Of a stretch of 48,527 nucleotides of DNA, positions 10,433 to 23,675 are shown one piece after another. The position numbers were made by a program, and so were the translations under genes. Each line of letters begins with the position of its first letter. Within the stretch, counting starts at the first letter, position 1. The DNA comes from an uncultured Rhodocyclaceae bacterium (lineage in GTDB: Bacteria; Pseudomonadota; Gammaproteobacteria; Burkholderiales; Rhodocyclaceae), in NCBI GenBank assembly GCA_964536245.1, contig CAZHVZ010000003.1, positions 26,073-74,599 of the forward strand, given 5' to 3'. The notes beneath the pieces were generated by a model. The model worked only from the letters and a program-made list of their open reading frames with translations, was not told where the DNA came from and searched no databases.

Positions 10433-12808
10433 TCAGCTCTGCCGATAACGGGCTATGACGTCGGCTTCCGGCATGGGCCGGGCAAACCAGTAACCTTGCG
10501 CCAGATCGCAACCCAGGTCGGCCAGAATCTCAACGTGTTCCTTTTCTTCCACCCCTTCGGCAACAATATCAAAGCCCAGGCTCTTGCCGAGCTGAACGAT
10601 TGACCCAACGATCGCCTTGTCCTGGGCATTGACGTGCAACTCGCGGATAAAGGCTTGGTCGATCTTGAGAATGTCGATGGGAAAGTTTTTCAGGTAGGCG
10701 AGGGAAGAATATCCGGTACCAAAATCATCGATAGCGATCTTGAAACCGTATTCCTTGAGCTTGTTCAGCTTCTTGGTGACCTCCGGAATGTTCCCCGACA
10801 AGGCACTTTCGGTCAGTTCAATTTCCAGCAGCTCGGCCAGATCCGGCTCTATGGAAGCCAGTAGTTCCAGGTTGTTCATCAAATGTTCGCTGCGGAATTG
10901 AATGGGCGAAACATTCACTGCAATAGGCAGCGAATAACCCAGTTGTTCTCGCAAACGGCGGGCAACAAACAGCGATTCCCGCAAGACCCAGGCTCCGATT
11001 TCAATAATCAGACCGGTATCTTCGGCAACCGGGATGAAAACCGCCGGAGAAATCGCTCCGCCCGGTGCGCCCGGCCAGCGCAACAGGGCTTCCAGTGAGT
11101 TGATACGCCCCGTGGCAATAGTCGTCTTGGGTTGGAAGACGAGCGCAAACTGTTTTTCCGCCAAAGCCACGCGCAGGCCGTTTTCCATGGACAAACGCTC
11201 GGTTGACCGATGCAGTAGCCCCAGTTCGTAAAAGCGATAGGCGTTGCGACTATCCCGCTTGGCCTCATACATGGCCATATCGGCATTGCTCACCAACTCG
11301 GCAATGGTCACACCATGATCCGGGTAAAGGCTGATTCCAATCGACGAAGTGACGCGCAACTCGTGGGGTTCAATACGGAAGGGACGGGCAATTTCCACCA
11401 TGATCTGTTCCGCCAGGGTGGCCGCCTGCTCGCCGTCTTCGATATCGGGCAGAACGACAATGAACTCGTCACCGCCGTGCCGGGTTACCCAGGCCGAACC
11501 GGCAACCAAGGCTAACAGCCTTTGTGCCAGCTGGCGCAACATGACATCGCCAACTCCATGCCCCAGGGCATCGTTGATGTTCTTGAAATTGTCCAGGTCG
11601 AGACACAGCACCGCCAGACGACTGGCTTGCCGAGCCGCCCGGTCAATGTCCCGGGCCAGATCACGGGTCAGCAGGGAACGGTTGCCAAGGCGGGTCAAGG
11701 GATCGTGGAAGGCCTGGAACTCGATCTGTCTTTCCTTGCTGATTTCTGCCGATATGTCGGTAAAGACGAGGATCATTGCCACATCGCCGGAGTCCGGCGC
11801 CGGCACGGCACTCACCTTGGCGTCAAACTCGATTCCGGTAGTCGGTCGAATACGCACGTTGCCACGCATGTGCACGGGAACGCCTTCGACCACGACGGTA
11901 CGGCATAGACCATCGAGAAGTCGTCCATCCGGTTCGAGAACGAAGTGCAGGAGTTCGTCCAGCAACATGCCTTCGACCTGCCGGTCATAGGCGTTGAGGA
12001 AATTCCGGGCGGCTGAATTGGCATAGCGCACACGACATTCCCCATCAACCGCAATGACCCCGTCGGAAAGAGCCGCCAGCATGACCTCAATTTCCGCCAT
12101 GTGTTCGCGCAGGCTGGATTCTGCCGCCGAACGCTTGTCCATTTCCTCGGAGCGATCGCGCAAATAGCGATTGATTGCGGTGACCAGCGTATCCAGCTCG
12201 TCGTTGAAGACACGATCCCGGTCCATCGCCACCACCGCGCCCGGAGCCGACGGATCAAGCGCCACCACGTCTTCTGCCAGAGCATGGAGGTGTCTGGCAA
12301 TCAGGCGATAGACAATGATGAAAATGATGAAAGCCAACCCGATGACCTCGACCAACTGGGTAATCACCAGAGTTACCGTTGCAGCCTGAATATGTTTATC
12401 CACCTCGACATAGGATTCGGAAACACTCAGGGTGCCAATCTGCTTCTTGCCATCCGGCGCCATGACGGGGACCGTCCAGACCTTGTCCACCCGCCCGGCG
12501 TCCACCCGGGTAGCGCTGGCCAATACCGCCTGGTCGTCCTGAATATCGATCTTGACCAAGGCTCCGCTCTGGGTCATTCCCCGCAGCAAGGCCGTCATAC
12601 TCGGTGTATCGTAACTCCAAAGCGCAACGGCAATGGCTCCCATATTGCCGTTCAGGGTCTTCTGGACATCGCCGTGGGCCGCCATCAGCATCCGATCACG
12701 CTCGTGCATGACGCCAAGCCCGGTCGCCAGCACGAACACTCCCAAGCTCACTGCCAGTACCCATAGCAGTACCCGAAGCGCAAGAACGGAGCGTTGAAGA
12801 AACGACAT
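10433..12808 (-). CDS. Membrane sensor with PAS, GGDEF and EAL domains (c-di-GMP turnover)
   Basis: It has two TM helices flanking a periplasmic region, then HAMP/PAS. The GGDEF motif is intact (RHGGDEFIVV) and the EAL motif is present (LEALLRW). Confidence 0.9.
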   Translation of the reverse strand: MSFLQRSVLALRVLLWVLAVSLGVFVLATGLGVMHERDRMLMAAHGDVQKTLNGNMGAIAVALWSYDTPSMTALLRGMTQSGALVKIDIQDDQAVLASATRVDAGRVDKVWTVPVMAPDGKKQIGTLSVSESYVEVDKHIQAATVTLVITQLVEVIGLAFIIFIIVYRLIARHLHALAEDVVALDPSAPGAVVAMDRDRVFNDELDTLVTAINRYLRDRSEEMDKRSAAESSLREHMAEIEVMLAALSDGVIAVDGECRVRYANSAARNFLNAYDRQVEGMLLDELLHFVLEPDGRLLDGLCRTVVVEGVPVHMRGNVRIRPTTGIEFDAKVSAVPAPDSGDVAMILVFTDISAEISKERQIEFQAFHDPLTRLGNRSLLTRDLARDIDRAARQASRLAVLCLDLDNFKNINDALGHGVGDVMLRQLAQRLLALVAGSAWVTRHGGDEFIVVLPDIEDGEQAATLAEQIMVEIARPFRIEPHELRVTSSIGISLYPDHGVTIAELVSNADMAMYEAKRDSRNAYRFYELGLLHRSTERLSMENGLRVALAEKQFALVFQPKTTIATGRINSLEALLRWPGAPGGAISPAVFIPVAEDTGLIIEIGAWVLRESLFVARRLREQLGYSLPIAVNVSPIQFRSEHLMNNLELLASIEPDLAELLEIELTESALSGNIPEVTKKLNKLKEYGFKIAIDDFGTGYSSLAYLKNFPIDILKIDQAFIRELHVNAQDKAIVGSIVQLGKSLGFDIVAEGVEEKEHVEILADLGCDLAQGYWFARPMPEADVIARYRQS

Positions 12809-13017
12809 GACTGGTTCGGCAAGCTTTCTATTATTGAAACAAGCCTATGGCCTGCTTAAGAATGGGTGTGACGAAAACTATACCCGACTTGTCCTTGGCC
12901 GGACACCCACCCCCACGCTGGACAAGCAAAGGCACGGACGCACCCCCACTTCACAGGGACCAAGACTGGCTTTCGTATTCCATTGAATGCGATGCAAACC
13001 ACAAGAACAACTCTACT

Positions 13018-13557
13018 ATGGTCATTATAGGAGGCGTGCCAACGAAAATAATCAGTTATTTGGCAGACTCTTCGCAACTTTATGCGCGGTATTTGATGCA
13101 AGTCATGCTTTTTCTGAGTAAGCACCCCATGCGTGGTAAGAACGAATTGTCGCGAAAATTGGTGATTGCCCCGAACGGCTACTGCTCAGCTGGAATGATT
13201 CATTTTCTGTGGGAAGAGAAAAATGGCACTCAACTGGAAACGGCAAAAGGCATGGAAGCAGCCTTTCAAATGCTGAAAAGTGAGCGCGCCGATTATCTGG
13301 CCAGCAATGCCGTGACCGGGTTGAAATCAGAAGTCGTCACTCGTTATCCGATTCACTTGGTCCTCTCCAAGTCCTGGCCGGAAGCCGTCAAAACAATGAC
13401 TCGCCGTGATGAATTGGCCAGGGGACAAGGGAAAGAATTCGAACGCTGGAAAAAGTGGTGCGGCTCCGCCCCCTACTTGCGGGGAATGTCTTTAGGCTGC
13501 TCCAGCGTTTCCAGGATAACTTCCAGGCGCTCCATCACCCGCTCGGCGTCAGGGTAG
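13018..13557 (+). pseudogene. Truncated paralog of the adjacent SBP-like gene (C-terminal half only)
   Basis: AFQMLKSERADYLASNAV...LVLSKSWPEAVKTM parallels AFLMLERGRADYLIDYAG...LVLSKSYPDAERVM in the neighbour. The N-terminal half and signal peptide are missing. The region is AT-rich, and the 3' end runs 85 nt into the convergent gene. Confidence 0.35.
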
Positions 13558-14204
13558 GATTTGGATAGAACCAGAAAGACCTCCTGCCGAACCAGAATAT
13601 CTGACCGCAAATATGGCAGAGGCTTGACGGCCACGACTTCAGCGGCAGGTCCTGCGTAATCAATCAAATAGTCCGCCCGGCCCCGTTCCAGCATAAGAAA
13701 TGCCGCTTGGTGGCTTTGTGCCACGTTGTTGGCGATCCCGTTCTTGGGGTCGGTAATGTAGCCGAGCAAACCGCCGTAGCTGTAGCCATGGACGGTAATG
13801 ACGCTTCTGCCCGCCAAGTCTTCCCGCGATTTAATGACTGGTTTGTCATTCGTCGAATAGGCCCGGATTTCAGCAACCGCCACCGACCGTCGGCTGAACA
13901 GGCAACACTCCTGAAGCGCCGGTGACTTGACCAGTATGGAAAACTGCGCCGTGCCGCTTTGCAGGTACTTGAACATTCTGGACGCCGGATAGCTTTTGGC
14001 GTGCCAAGGAATGCCTGCTTTTGCAAACAGCTTGTCGGCCAGGCGATAAAGCGGATTGAGTGGCTCGCCTTGCTCGTCAACATGGATCGTCCAGACAGAC
14101 TGATCGGGAGCCACGTATTCAATTTCCGGATAGCGGGTCTGGGCGTTCGACAAACCGGCCCAGAGACCCAGAATGAGCGCGATCCAGAGGTTACGGCGCG
14201 CCAC
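13473..14204 (-). CDS. Periplasmic substrate-binding-like protein (family 3 SBP fold)
   Basis: It has a GTG start, a signal peptide (LILGLWAGLSNA) and an SBP_bac_3-like sequence. It lies 10 nt downstream of gyrB on the same strand. Confidence 0.65.
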   Translation of the reverse strand: MARRNLWIALILGLWAGLSNAQTRYPEIEYVAPDQSVWTIHVDEQGEPLNPLYRLADKLFAKAGIPWHAKSYPASRMFKYLQSGTAQFSILVKSPALQECCLFSRRSVAVAEIRAYSTNDKPVIKSREDLAGRSVITVHGYSYGGLLGYITDPKNGIANNVAQSHQAAFLMLERGRADYLIDYAGPAAEVVAVKPLPYLRSDILVRQEVFLVLSKSYPDAERVMERLEVILETLEQPKDIPRK

Positions 14205-14214
14205 TTACGCTACC

Positions 14215-16728
<2,514 letters not shown>

Positions 16729-16735
16729 CTACTGA

Positions 16736-16774
16736 TTCAAAAAACAACTAGCCCCCGACAGCAATGCCGGGGGC
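16736..16774 (-). terminator. Rho-independent terminator/attenuator downstream of dnaN
   Basis: On the minus strand, GCCCCCG-N10-CGGGGGC (7-bp GC stem) is followed by TAGTTGTTTTTTG. Confidence 0.7.
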
Positions 16775-16802
16775 AACAGATTGGTTGGCGTATTGTACCG
16801 TG

Positions 16803-17909
16803 TCAGATGCGCATCGGCATTACAACGTATTTGAAGCGGTCATTGCCGGGGACGGTGATCATGGCGCTGGAGTTGGCATCATTGAAACTCCATTGCACTT
16901 CGTCCGTATGCAAATTGTTGAGTACATCGAGAAGATAGCCCACATTGAAACCGACGTCGATATTGTCTCCTTCGTACTGCACTTCGATTTCGTCTTCGGC
17001 TTCTTCCTGCTCGGCATTGGCGGCGACCAACTTCAGGCTGTTGTTGCTCAATACGATGCGTACGCCCCGGAATTTTTCATTAGTCAGGATGGCCGCCCGG
17101 TTCATGGCCTGCATCAGGCTTTGCCGACCAACTTTCATGTGATTCTTGAGGGAAGCAGGAACCACACGCTGATAATCGGGAAATTTTCCATCAATCAGTT
17201 TGGAAACCAGAACCACCGAACCAAAAGCAAAACGCACCTGGTTGGCGGTCAAGGTGAGTTCGAGCGGATCATCACTATCGGTCAGGAGACGGTTCAATTC
17301 GAGAACGGTCTTGCGCGGCAGAATCATTTCCTGGCGAGGAAGTTCGGTATCAATATCAACACTGGAATAGGCCAGACGATGCCCATCCGTCGCCACTGCC
17401 CGCAATTCCTTGCCGTCCACCAGCAAAAGCAGTCCGTTCAGATAGTAGCGAACATCCTGGGCAGCCATTGAATACTGGGTTTTTGCCAAGAGTTGGCGGA
17501 ATGCCTTCTGAGTCAGCTGTAATTGCTTGGCGTCTCCTTCGGCAATGGTCATCCGGGGAAAATCATCCGCCGGCAATGTTTGCAGGCTGAAGCGGCTCTT
17601 TCCCGCCTTGACCTGGAGACGACGATCTTCCAGAACCAGACTGACTTCGGCACTGTCCGGCAAGGAGCGCAGGATATCCTGCATCTTGCGGGCGCCTACC
17701 GTAATGGCTCCGTCTCCGTCGCCACCGGCACCAGCCGTTGTAGTAGTGATCTGGATTTCAATGTCGGTCGCCAGCAAAGTCATGTTGTCGCCCTTCTTTT
17801 CCAACAGTACGTTGGACAGTATGGGCAAGGTATGGCGACGTTCGACAATACCGGAAACCGATTGCAGAGGAGCCAACAAGGTGTCTCTTTGGGTTTTGAT
17901 AAGAACCAT
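16803..17909 (-). CDS. dnaN: DNA polymerase III beta sliding clamp
   Basis: The 368-aa product has the typical clamp N-terminus (QRDTLLAPLQSVSGIVERRHTLPILSNVLLE) and C-terminus (YVVMPMRI). Confidence 0.97.
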   Translation of the reverse strand: MVLIKTQRDTLLAPLQSVSGIVERRHTLPILSNVLLEKKGDNMTLLATDIEIQITTTTAGAGGDGDGAITVGARKMQDILRSLPDSAEVSLVLEDRRLQVKAGKSRFSLQTLPADDFPRMTIAEGDAKQLQLTQKAFRQLLAKTQYSMAAQDVRYYLNGLLLLVDGKELRAVATDGHRLAYSSVDIDTELPRQEMILPRKTVLELNRLLTDSDDPLELTLTANQVRFAFGSVVLVSKLIDGKFPDYQRVVPASLKNHMKVGRQSLMQAMNRAAILTNEKFRGVRIVLSNNSLKLVAANAEQEEAEDEIEVQYEGDNIDVGFNVGYLLDVLNNLHTDEVQWSFNDANSSAMITVPGNDRFKYVVMPMRI

Positions 17910-18129
17910 AAATCAAATTCCTTTGTATACTAAGTCCGGAACAAGTCTGTGGATAACAATAAATTTTGTATCTAATTCAATTACTTGTTAAACAAATTTG
18001 CTTCTTGGTAACCAAGCTTAAAATCTGTGGATGAAAGTAGAACAAGTTATCCACAGGTGAGCAAATCGCCAACTGCTCACATATTCCCAACATTCTGTGC
18101 ACAGGGTTCTCGACAGGGGTCATTCATCA
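17910..18129. other. AT-rich dnaA-dnaN spacer with a DnaA-box cluster (oriC candidate or part of it)
   Basis: Boxes are TGTGGATAA at 17948..17956 (perfect, reverse), TGTGGATGA at 18026..18034 (1 mismatch) and TTATCCACA at 18047..18055 (perfect). They are separated by an AT-rich tract (ACAATAAATTTTGTATCTAATTCAATTACTTGTTAAACAAATTT). Confidence 0.5.
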
Positions 18130-19500
18130 TCATCCTTTAAGAACCTGTATGAGTACATGTAAATCGTGATTCAGTTCATTGTCCTTGATACGTAGTGCGT
18201 CGATCGTTTTAACGGCGTGAATGACGGTCGTGTGATCGCGACCACCAAAGGCATCTCCGATCTCGGGAAAGCTGTGGGATGTGACCTCCCGGCATAGCCA
18301 CATGGCAACCTGACGGGGACGGGCAATGGCCCTTGTTCTTTTTTTGGAGAAAAACTCGGCAACCTTGATCTTGTAGTAATCGGCAACGGTCTTCTGGATG
18401 TTGTCGATGCCAACATTGCGCACTGAACCGATAATGTCCTTCAAGGCATCCTTGGCCAGGTCAAGAGCAATTTCCCGACCATGGAAGGATGAATAGGCGA
18501 GAACCTTCTTCAAAGCCCCTTCAAGTTCGCGTACGTTGGAACGCAGATGCTTGGCAATGAAAAAGGCAACCTCATCGTTGAGCAAAATACCTTCTGCTTC
18601 GGCCTTCTTTTTCAGAATGGCAACCCGCATTTCCAGTTCCGGGGGTTCAATCTGGACTGTCAAACCCCAATCAAAGCGGGTAACCAAACGGTCATCCAGG
18701 CCGTTGATATCCTTTGGGTAAGTGTCACAGGTGATAATGATCTGTTTTTTTGCTTCAATCAACGCATTGAAAAGAAAGAAAAACTCTTCTTGAGACCTGT
18801 TTTTGCCGTTGAAAAACTGAACATCGTCGAGAAGCAGCACATCCAGCGAACGATATTGGCGCTTGAAGGTATCAAAGGACTTTTGCTGGTAAGCCCGCAC
18901 CACATCGGAGTAGTAGTCTTCGGCGTGAACGTAGCGAACAATTTTTTCGGGTTGTTCCGCCAGAATGGCATTGCCGATGGCGTGTACCAGGTGGGTTTTG
19001 CCAAGACCGGCGCCACCGTAGATGAACAGAGGGTTGTAAGCGCCCCCCGGATTGTGGGCGACCTGTACGGCGGCAGCCCGAGCCAGATCGTTGGCCTTGC
19101 CGACAACCAGATTGTCAAAAGTAAACGAGCTTATGAGGCGAGACTTGTCATAACCGTTCGATTTTGGTGCAGGTCTGGCAACTTCGGGTACGTTCTCAGG
19201 CGTTACCGGCCTTGCATTGTTTCCCCTCGGGCCACCGGCCAGAGCATCGAGCTTGCGCTCGTTGATGATCAATTCAATGGAGACAGGGGCCGAGAAAAAA
19301 CTGCGCCCTTGATCTTCGATGCGGCTCAAGTAACGATCGCGCACCCATTTCAGAATAAAACTGTTGGGCGCGATCAGGCGTAGTCCGTCCAGCGGCGCTT
19401 CTTCTCCCTCCAGACGCAAGGGTTTGATCCAGGTGTTGAACTGCTGCGCGGGCAATTCCTGTTCAAAACGAAGCAGACAAGCGTCCCAAAAGCCGGACAT
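18130..19500 (-). CDS. dnaA: Chromosomal replication initiator DnaA
   Basis: It has the AAA+ Walker A ([10 protein letters not shown]) and the C-terminal DNA-binding helix (DHTTVIHA). I prefer ATG 19500 over the listed GTG 19512, which directly abuts the GGGAGGA Shine-Dalgarno. Confidence 0.97.
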   Translation of the reverse strand: MSGFWDACLLRFEQELPAQQFNTWIKPLRLEGEEAPLDGLRLIAPNSFILKWVRDRYLSRIEDQGRSFFSAPVSIELIINERKLDALAGGPRGNNARPVTPENVPEVARPAPKSNGYDKSRLISSFTFDNLVVGKANDLARAAAVQVAHNPGGAYNPLFIYGGAGLGKTHLVHAIGNAILAEQPEKIVRYVHAEDYYSDVVRAYQQKSFDTFKRQYRSLDVLLLDDVQFFNGKNRSQEEFFFLFNALIEAKKQIIITCDTYPKDINGLDDRLVTRFDWGLTVQIEPPELEMRVAILKKKAEAEGILLNDEVAFFIAKHLRSNVRELEGALKKVLAYSSFHGREIALDLAKDALKDIIGSVRNVGIDNIQKTVADYYKIKVAEFFSKKRTRAIARPRQVAMWLCREVTSHSFPEIGDAFGGRDHTTVIHAVKTIDALRIKDNELNHDLHVLIQVLKG

Positions 19501-19651
19501 CGTGAAATACACTCCTCCCGGTTGTTCCGAACAATTCGGCCAAACCGTATTTATTTTATATGAATCAATGTGATACGGAACATCACTGCGTCGCTAATAG
19601 GCGACCTTCTGGCCACCGGACGGAAAGCAATTCTACTCCCTGTCAGGAAAG

Positions 19652-19660
19652 TTATCCACA
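19652..19660 (+). promoter_or_regulatory. Perfect DnaA box TTATCCACA in the dnaA/rpmH divergent region
   Basis: This is an exact 9-mer about 150 nt upstream of dnaA. Such boxes commonly mediate dnaA autoregulation. Confidence 0.6.
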
Positions 19661-19680
19661 GCCCGGAAAAATATTTGGTC

Positions 19681-19710
19681 TTGACACAAGGTGGTTAAAC
19701 GCGGTGTAAT
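19681..19710 (+). promoter_or_regulatory. Sigma70-like promoter for rpmH
   Basis: TTGACA at 19681..19686, an 18-nt spacer and TGTAAT at 19705..19710 lie about 38 nt upstream of the rpmH ATG. Confidence 0.55.
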
Positions 19711-19748
19711 TGCGCGTTTATCTCTCTGAACATCAAGGAATTAAGAAC

Positions 19749-19883
19749 ATGAAACGCACGTATCAACCGTCGGTCGTGCGCCGCAAGCGCACCCATGGCT
19801 TCCTGGTTCGTATGCGCACTAAGGGTGGCCGCAAGGTAATTGCCGCCCGTCGTGCCAAGGGCCGTCGTCGTCTGGGCGTTTGA
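19749..19883 (+). CDS. rpmH: 50S ribosomal protein L34
   Basis: This gene is not in the ORF track (44 aa). My manual translation is [44 protein letters not shown]. Confidence 0.97.
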   Translation: MKRTYQPSVVRRKRTHGFLVRMRTKGGRKVIAARRAKGRRRLGV

Positions 19884-20299
19884 GCGCAGACTGTTTTCAG
19901 CTAGTCCCTTTGGCGAATCTGAAACAAACATTCGCCCGATCGTATCGCCTTACCAAAACGGATGAATTTTCATCCGTTTTTGGTTTTCGGCGTGCCATTC
20001 GCGGTCAATTGCTGATGTTGCACTACCAACCCCGGAGCAGCGCGGAAGATTCAGCACGTCTGGGTCTGGTTGTGGGCAAAAAACAGTTGAAAACGGCAAT
20101 CGGGCGCAATACCTTAAAACGCGTGGTTCGCGAACAGTTTCGGCTGTTGCGGCCAGGTTTGCCGGCTTGCGATCTCCTGGTCAGGCTGATCACCAAGACC
20201 GTCCGGGTGGACCGCAGGCAGGTCGCCCAGGAAGTCCGGTCTTTGTTTGGTCGACTCAAGGGAAGGCTGGCGATCAGGGAAGCCCGCACGACGCTATGA
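19880..20299 (+). CDS. rnpA: Ribonuclease P protein component
   Basis: It has the RnpA pattern ([12 protein letters not shown]...[18 protein letters not shown]) and the conserved position after rpmH. The start is uncertain: TTG 19880 overlaps the rpmH stop, and TTG 19910 is an alternative. Confidence 0.85.
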   Translation: MSADCFQLVPLANLKQTFARSYRLTKTDEFSSVFGFRRAIRGQLLMLHYQPRSSAEDSARLGLVVGKKQLKTAIGRNTLKRVVREQFRLLRPGLPACDLLVRLITKTVRVDRRQVAQEVRSLFGRLKGRLAIREARTTL

Positions 20300-20505
20300 A
20301 ACGTATTCTGGTTGCTCTGTTGAGGGTCTACCAGTACGCTATCAGTCCTTTATTGGGGCGCCGCTGCCGATATTTTCCCAGTTGCTCCGAATATGCAGTG
20401 GAAGCAGTACAAAAACACGGTGCCGCACGCGGTGGCTGGCTTGGCCTGAAACGGGTCTGCCGGTGTCACCCTTGGCATCCCGGTGGGTACGATCCCGTAC
20501 CCTGA
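20296..20505 (+). CDS. yidD: Membrane protein insertion efficiency factor YidD
   Basis: The start is M44 of listed ORF 20167..20505, in an ATGA overlap with the rnpA stop. The motif is [22 protein letters not shown]. Confidence 0.9.
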   Translation: MKRILVALLRVYQYAISPLLGRRCRYFPSCSEYAVEAVQKHGAARGGWLGLKRVCRCHPWHPGGYDPVP

Positions 20506-20534
20506 TTGATTGAATTACTTGCAATAGGCTGTAA

Positions 20535-22183
20535 ATGGACACTCGACGCCTCGTTCTGGTGCTTATCCTGACTTTCTCTTCCTTCATGTTGTGGGAGAAC
20601 TGGCAGAAGTACAATCAACCGAAACCGGCTGCCGGTGCCGTTGCCGCAACAACGGTGGGGGGCTCGGCGACACCTCAGCCTAGCGCTGCTCTGCGCGCTC
20701 CGGGTGATCCGGTGGTTGCACCGGCAATTGCCGATGCCAAAACCAGCCCGGGGGAAACCTTCACCATCAAGACCGACCTGGTTACGGCAGTGATATCCGC
20801 CCAGGGCGCCGATCTCGTGGATTTGGAACTGTTGCGCTACAAGGCCCACGACAACAAGGACAAGACTTTTGTCCTGTTTGATGCCAAACATCACTACATG
20901 GCGCAAAGCGGCTTGATCGGCGAGGGATTGCCGAATCACCGCTCCCTCTTCAAACGGGTTGCCGGCCCGACGGAATTGGCCGATGGCGCCAGCGAACTCA
21001 AAGTTCGTTTCGAAGCGACTACCCAGAATGGGGTAAAGGTTGCAAAGATTTACACCTTCAAGCGGGGTTCCTACCTGATTGATGTGGCCTGGGAGTTGAA
21101 CAACACCGGCGACAAGCCGATTGCTCCCCATGCCTACTTCCAGATTCAACGCGACGACGTGGCGCCGGCTGGCGAATCGATGATGGTGTCCACCTTTACC
21201 GGTCCGGCTGTGTTTACCGATGCCGACAAGTACCAGAAAGTGGATTTCAGCGATATCGCCAAGGACAAGGCCAAGTTTGCAAAAAATGCCGACAACGGCT
21301 GGCTGGCCATGGTTCAGCACTACTTTGTCTCGGCCTGGGTACCGGCTGAAAAGACTCCCCGTGAGTTCTACATGCGCAAGGTCGAAGGCAGCAATAACGT
21401 CTTCCAGACCGGCCTGATCATTCCCGTGCAACAACTGGCTCCGGGTAACAAGGCGGTTGCTGCCGTGTCGCTGTTTGCCGGCCCGCAGGAACAGGCGACC
21501 CTCAAGCAACTGGCTCCCGGTCTCGATCTGGTGGTCGATTATGGCTGGCTGACCGTGGTTGCGGCGCCCATTTTCTGGGCGCTGGAAGCCATCCACAAGC
21601 TGGTGGGCAACTGGGGCTGGGCCATCGTCATCCTGACCATTGCCATCAAGGCGGTGTTCTTCCCTCTTTCTGCAAGTCCATGGCCAAAATGCGCCTGCTC
21701 ACCCCGCGCCTGGCCCAGATGAAGGAGCGTTTCGGCGACGACCGCAATCGCCTGAATCAGGAAATGATGAAGCTTTACCAGACGGAAAAGGTCAATCCCC
21801 TGGGCGGCTGTTTGCCCATCCTCGTCCAGATTCCGGTTTTCATCGCTCTCTACTGGGTACTGCTTGGCGCCGTTGAAATGCGAGATGCACCGTGGATCCT
21901 GTGGATCAAGGACATGGCCTCGGCCGACCCGTACTACATACTGCCGGTCATCATGGTCGTCACCATGCTCATCCAGACCAAGCTCAATCCGACGCCGCCC
22001 GATCCGATTCAGGCCAAGGTCATGATGATGATGCCCTTCATGTTCGGCGCCATGTTCTTCTTCTTTCCGGCCGGCCTGGTGCTCTACTGGGTGGTCAACA
22101 ACATCCTGTCCATCGCCCAGCAATGGCAGATCACCCGCATGATCGAAGCCGGCGGCAAGGCGGCCAACGACGCCAAGGCTTGA
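20535..22183 (+). pseudogene. yidC: Membrane protein insertase YidC, interrupted by a frameshift near 21672-21680 (real lesion or sequence error)
   Basis: ORF 20535..21722 carries TM1, the periplasmic P1 domain and TM2 up to FFPLSA. ORF 21680..22183, in another frame, continues upstream of its ATG as [13 protein letters not shown] and carries the conserved core ([19 protein letters not shown]). Confidence 0.85.
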
Positions 22184-22192
22184 TCCCGGCGC

Positions 22193-23536
22193 ATGAATGA
22201 CCAGATCGCCGCCATCGCCACTGCTCCCGGTCGTGGCGGTATCGGCGTGGTCAGGGTTTCCGGCAAAAACCTGCTTCCCGTTGCCGCAGCCCTGGCCGGC
22301 TGCATTACCCGGCCCCGCCCCGCCCCCCAGGCCCGCTTCAAGGCCCGCGACGGGCGCCCCATCGACAGCGGCCTGCTGCTCTACTTTCCTGCCCCTCACT
22401 CCTTTACCGGCGAAGACGTGCTCGAACTGCAAGGCCACGGCGGCCCGGTTGTCATGCAAATGCTGCTGGCCCGCTGCCTGGACCTCGGCGCCCGGCTGGC
22501 GGAACCCGGCGAATATAGCCAGCGTGCCTTTCTCAACGGCAAGCTGGATCTCGCCCAGGCCGAAGCGGTGGCTGATCTCATTGACGCCGCTACCACCTCG
22601 GCAGCCCGTTCGGCGGTACGTTCCCTGCAAGGAGAGTTTTCCAGGGCGGTCCATGCCCTGACCGACGAGCTGATCAATTTGCGCATGCTGGTGGAAGTCA
22701 CCCTGGATTTTCCGGAAGAGGAAATCGACTTTCTCCGGGCCGCTGATGCCTTTGGCCGCCTGCAATGTCTGCAATCCGGGCTGGCAACGGTTTTTGACCG
22801 GGCCGGACAGGGCAAATTGCTGCAATCCGGCCTGCATGTGGTGCTGGTCGGCCAGCCCAATGTGGGCAAGTCGTCCCTGCTCAACCAGTTGGCCGGAGAC
22901 GAGCTGGCCATCGTCACACCGGTTGCCGGCACGACCCGGGATGCCCTGCGCTCTTCCATCCAGATTGAAGGCATCCCCTTGCATGTCATCGACACAGCCG
23001 GCTTGCGCGAGACCGAAGACGAGGTCGAGCGCATCGGCATCGAACGGACCTGGCGGGAAGTCGAGCGTGCCGATGTCATTCTGCTCGTGGTCGATGCCCG
23101 CAGCGGTGTCGGTGCGGCGGATCGAGTGATTGTGGACCGCTTGCCGGCCAGCCTGAAACGGATCGTTATTTACAACAAGATCGACCTTGCCGGCGCTCAG
23201 CCGGAACGCCACGCGGTCAGTGAAGGAATCGCCATTTCCCTATCGGCCAAGGGTGGTCAGGGGATTGATCTGCTGCGCCAGGAATTGCTGACCATTGCCG
23301 GCTGGCATCAGACCGAAGACGTTTTCATTGCTCGTGAACGCCATCTTCGCGCCCTGGCCCAGGCGCGAACCCATATTGACGCAGCCCGTGCCGTTGCTGA
23401 AGGATCAAGCCCCGCCCTGGAGCTTTTCGCCGAGGAACTGCGCCTGGCCCAGCAGGCTCTCGGTCAAATTACCGGCGAATTTACGCCGGATGATCTTTTA
23501 GGGGTCATATTTTCCCGGTTTTGCATCGGGAAATAA
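22193..23536 (+). CDS. mnmE: tRNA modification GTPase MnmE
   Basis: It has the G domain ([23 protein letters not shown]) and the C-terminal FCIGK motif. Confidence 0.95.
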   Translation: MNDQIAAIATAPGRGGIGVVRVSGKNLLPVAAALAGCITRPRPAPQARFKARDGRPIDSGLLLYFPAPHSFTGEDVLELQGHGGPVVMQMLLARCLDLGARLAEPGEYSQRAFLNGKLDLAQAEAVADLIDAATTSAARSAVRSLQGEFSRAVHALTDELINLRMLVEVTLDFPEEEIDFLRAADAFGRLQCLQSGLATVFDRAGQGKLLQSGLHVVLVGQPNVGKSSLLNQLAGDELAIVTPVAGTTRDALRSSIQIEGIPLHVIDTAGLRETEDEVERIGIERTWREVERADVILLVVDARSGVGAADRVIVDRLPASLKRIVIYNKIDLAGAQPERHAVSEGIAISLSAKGGQGIDLLRQELLTIAGWHQTEDVFIARERHLRALAQARTHIDAARAVAEGSSPALELFAEELRLAQQALGQITGEFTPDDLLGVIFSRFCIGK

Positions 23537-23675
23537 CACTGCTTTCCAAACCGGCCTCCCGAGCCGTTGCAATTGCTCCAGGCCAAAACAATGTATTCAG
23601 TAGTCATGCCATGTTGATTGACTGGAGGAAGCATTTGAATATAGGATATGCCACTTAAATTTTTCCGGGCATTAT

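Noticed and set aside
20466-23212. Long minus-strand ORFs 20466..21596 (376 aa) and 21539..23212 (557 aa)
   Set aside because: They are antisense to yidC and mnmE. They show no recognisable domains and have Gly/Arg/His-rich compositions characteristic of shadow ORFs.
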